Positions 20,400-23,574 of a stretch of DNA of 23,574 bases are shown piece by piece. The translations under genes were made by a program, and so were the position numbers. Numbering within the stretch: the stretch's first letter is position 1; every line of letters starts with the position of its first letter. A model generated the notes under the pieces. The model saw only the letters and a list, made by a program, of their open reading frames with translations. It was not told where the DNA came from and did not search any database. The stretch covers positions 5,446,154 through 5,469,727 of the forward strand of contig NC_057759.1 in NCBI RefSeq assembly GCF_004010195.1. Direction: 5' to 3'. Source of the stretch: Chiloscyllium plagiosum (taxonomy: Eukaryota).

Positions 20400-20654
20400 T
20401 TTACAAATCCAAGCGCCCCTTTTCTTAGCTACTTAATATCTCGCTTCAACTCTGTTAAAAAAAAATGTTGTTCCACTCACACATTTATTTCACATTGCAT
20501 TAGCTTAATCTCAAGGCCTCACGGTCTTTTACAAATCCAAGCGCCCCTTTTCTTAGCTACTTAATATCTCGCTACAAATCTGTAAAAAAAAAATTTGTTC
20601 CACTAACACATTTATTTCACATTGCATTAGCTTAATCTCAAGGCCTCACGGTCT
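20400..20654. repeat. 128-bp tandem duplication
   Basis: TTTACAAATCCAAGCGCCCC at 20400 and 20528 with a few differences. Confidence 0.95.
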
Positions 20655-21168
20655 CTGTCTTCCCCGCTGTTTTCTGTTTGCCAGCTGCTGAGCTCCCTGG
20701 GTCATCTTCTTTCTTTTCATTGTGAATAAACTTTACATCAAAAGGTACTTTTGATAGAGTTTCTTTTTCTGATTTCTTTAAGAGTACGATGTGAGAAAGA
20801 CAGTTAATTTTCTGGTAGTTTCTCTCCCTATGGCAGTTGCTCTCTGGTCAATTTCAAAATGTCTTCAGTCTTATATCACCCAACATCGGATTGTCTTACT
20901 TGGTCGATGTTGGCAAAACCATAAGATCAAACTCGATATGGTTTTGGTATCCAGTGTCATAACTTAAACTGATTGGTTAAATTTGAATTGTTGTCAAAAC
21001 CGCAAACAAAACTCAGGTATCCATTTCACAGTCAAATTATGTTTATTTTCAATTTTCCAGTATATTCTGGGAGTCCCATCCAGTTTGATACAAGGGTTTG
21101 TAATCTCTCCGTTCAGAACAACATTCTCTCTCTTCAAGGTACAGGACTTGTCTTCAAACTTCATAACA

Positions 21169-22108
21169 CAGGACAGTGTTAAAACTGTACTGGAAATGAT
21201 GGGGAACACAGAGGGTGGTGAGAGGGAGGAAGTAACATTAGATTGCTGGGGAAATTGATGGGTAAAAATGGAGATCGATCCTCAGGACCTGACAATCTTA
21301 CCCCAGAGTGGTTAAGGAAGTAGCCTTAGAATTGACACATTGGTGACTATGTTCCAGGATGCTACAGATGCTGGGATAGTGCCTGCATATTAGACGGTTG
21401 ATGTTGCAACCTTACTATTTAAAAAGGGATGTGGGATCATCCAGTAATACAGCAGGGAAAGAGGTGCTTCGCCCTAAACTGGTCCATGTCAACTATGGTT
21501 CCCACTAATCTAGTTACAATTGCCCTCACTTGGTCCACATCCCTTTAAACCATGCACTTATCCAAATGTCTTTTTTTTAAATATTACTATTGTACCTGCC
21601 TCAACCATTTTCTCTGCCAGTCCATTCCATATACGCACCATTGTCAATGAGAAAAAGTTGCCTCTCAGATCCTTCTTAAATCTTTCCCCCTCACCTTAAA
21701 TCTGTGCCCTCTTGTTTTCATTTCCTCATCCCTGGGGAAAAAAAAGACTATCTGCATTCAACCTGTCCGTGCCCGTGATGATTTATACACCTCAATATGA
21801 TCACCTCTCATTCTCCCATGTTCCAAGGAACAAAGCCCTATCCTGGACAAGCTCTTCTTCCAACTCAAACCTACTCGCCCTGGCAACATCCTCATAAATC
21901 TTCTTTGCACTCTTGCCGGTTTAACCATGTTTTCTTATTACAGAGTGATCAGGTGTTAGAATTAGAGGTAGGTGAGCACTTTGGGGATAGTGACCATAAT
22001 TCGGTGATTTTTACTCTCGTGATGGAGAGGGATAAGTGTGTACTACAGGGCAAGAGTTATAACTGGGGTCAGGGAAATTATGATGCAGTGAGGCATGACT
22101 TAGGATGT
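21169..22108. mobile_element. Mosaic of CR1 fragments (+ 21169-21430, - 21436-21940, + 21945-22108)
   Basis: GPDNL and LFKKG motifs, an inverted CR1 3' end, and VGEHFGDSDHNSVIF. Confidence 0.85.
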
Positions 22109-22109
22109 A

Positions 22110-23535
22110 AAGCCAATTCTGAGCTAGCTGTGTCAATGTACTGTACACATGTAAATAAAGGGTGACTTGACTGACCACCAGCCTCAGTGGAGTTATTTCA
22201 GTAGCAATTGACTGACGCATTTTCGTCTCTACATCTGATGTTAATACATTAACTGGAAGGTACTTCTGACACCATCCCATCCATAAACAGTTTGAAAGCC
22301 TGGATATAGACTGAATAGCTTTATGTATTTAGATTGCTTTTTGCTGGAATGAGATATGCCTTGGGATGAACATTCATAATATGACAGCATTTTTCGTTAG
22401 GATTGAGAGTGAGATTTTGAGGCTAGTTTCCTGAATCTTAATAAGGAAAACTATGATGGTACGAGGCATGAGTAGGCTATGATGGATTGGGAAATGTTAC
22501 TGAAAAGAATGAGATTGGGTGGACATTCAGCAAATGAATGGGTTAACTATCAAATTATTTATTCCAACCTGATTTAAGTGCAACGAGAACAGTGGCCAAA
22601 CTATGGCTTACAGAGGAAGTTTCAGAACGCATTAGATACAAAAAAGTCATTCAAATTAGCAAGAAAAGAAACAATAGCATTGAAGATGAGGAACTGTTCA
22701 GAAGTTACCGAAGGAGCACCAAAAGATTAGGTGCCAAGAGGCAACTAGAGTATGAGTGCAGGATTGCAGGGAACATAAGAACTGACGGTAAAAGCTTCTG
22801 CAAATATGAAAAGAGAAAAAAAATCTGAAAACCAATCTAAGTCCCTTGCAGTCAGAAACAAGAGAATTTACACTGAGCAACAAAGAAACGGCTGATGAAC
22901 TAAATTATACTTCATTTCTATCTTCATACAGGAGATAAAAACTGTGCTGGAAATGATGGGGAACACAAAAGTTGTTGAGAGGGAGGAAATAAAGGAATAT
23001 TGCTGGGGAAATTGATGGGATGCAAGGGAGATCAATGTTCAGGACCTGACAATCTACATCTCAGAGTGGTTAAGGAAGAGGTCTTAGAATTAGTGGTTGC
23101 ATTGGTGATAGTGATCAAGGATCCAACAGACTGTGGGACAGTGCCTATGGATTAGACGGTTGCTGGTGCATCCTTACTATTTAAAAAGGGAAGTAGAGTC
23201 ATAGAGTAATGCAGCATGGAAATAGGCCCTATGGCCCAAATAAGTCCTCTGTTAATTAAAACCAGGCACCCAGAAAAGCTCACCTTGGCTCTTAATCTAT
23301 TAAAATGCGAGTGAGTGATAGAGAATTCCTAATTTCTACTATTTAGATTAGATGACTTTTTAGATTACTTACAGTGTGGAAACAGGCCCTTTAGCTCAAC
23401 AAGTCCACACCGACCCGACGAAGCGCAACCCACCCAGACCCATTCCCCTTCATTTACCCCTTCACCTAACACTACGGGCAATTTAGCGTGGCCAATTCAC
23501 CTAACCTGCACATTTTTGGATTGTGGGAGGAAACC
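22110..23535 (+). repeat. Segmental duplicate of 18382-20181
   Basis: Colinear and highly similar from AAGCCAATTCTGAG. Offset 3728 before the 380-bp duplication and about 3350 after it. Confidence 0.96.
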
Positions 23536-23574
23536 GGAGCACCCGGAGGAAACCCACGCAGACACGGGGAGAAT
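23345..23574 (-). mobile_element. HE1-type V-SINE running off the window end
   Basis: Tail and V domain in reverse orientation. Confidence 0.92.

Larger units (their letters stand above)
19886..21168 (-). mobile_element. Probable long LTR remnant interrupted by a SINE pair
   Basis: The minus strand begins TGTTATGAAG at 21168. Non-coding, bounded by CR1 pieces, resembling shark LTR sequence as I recall it. Confidence 0.45.

Noticed and set aside
20994..21209. 71-aa minus-strand ORF
   Set aside because: It crosses a CR1/LTR junction and has no splice or domain support.

Overview
Repeat-dense vertebrate genomic DNA. HE1-type V-SINEs with CR1/HER1-type tails point to a cartilaginous fish, probably a shark (inference). 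Most of the window is decayed CR1 and L2/CR1-clade LINEs, SINEs, LTR remnants, Penelope-like element (PLE) pieces and a ~48-49 bp minisatellite, with one 500-N assembly gap. Genic content: (1) a replication-dependent histone H1 gene (12254-12666, +) that has lost its whole globular domain through a microhomology-flanked, frameshifting deletion but keeps its H1 box, upstream TG box, Lys-rich tail frame, 3' stem-loop and HDE; (2) one intact phase-1/phase-1 Fc-receptor-like Ig exon (17886-18152, -); (3) a candidate minus-strand gene of short exons running from a CpG-rich promoter-like region near 6.5 kb, including two paralogous exons. Six hammerhead-ribozyme-like motifs from about four PLE families are present, two of them in short inserts flanked by target-site duplications (TSDs). 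There are also many young tandem duplications, a >1.4 kb segmental duplication and a head-to-head SINE pair whose centre differs between the duplicates. Most ORFs in the supplied track are transposon debris. All calls were made by eye, without database searches.
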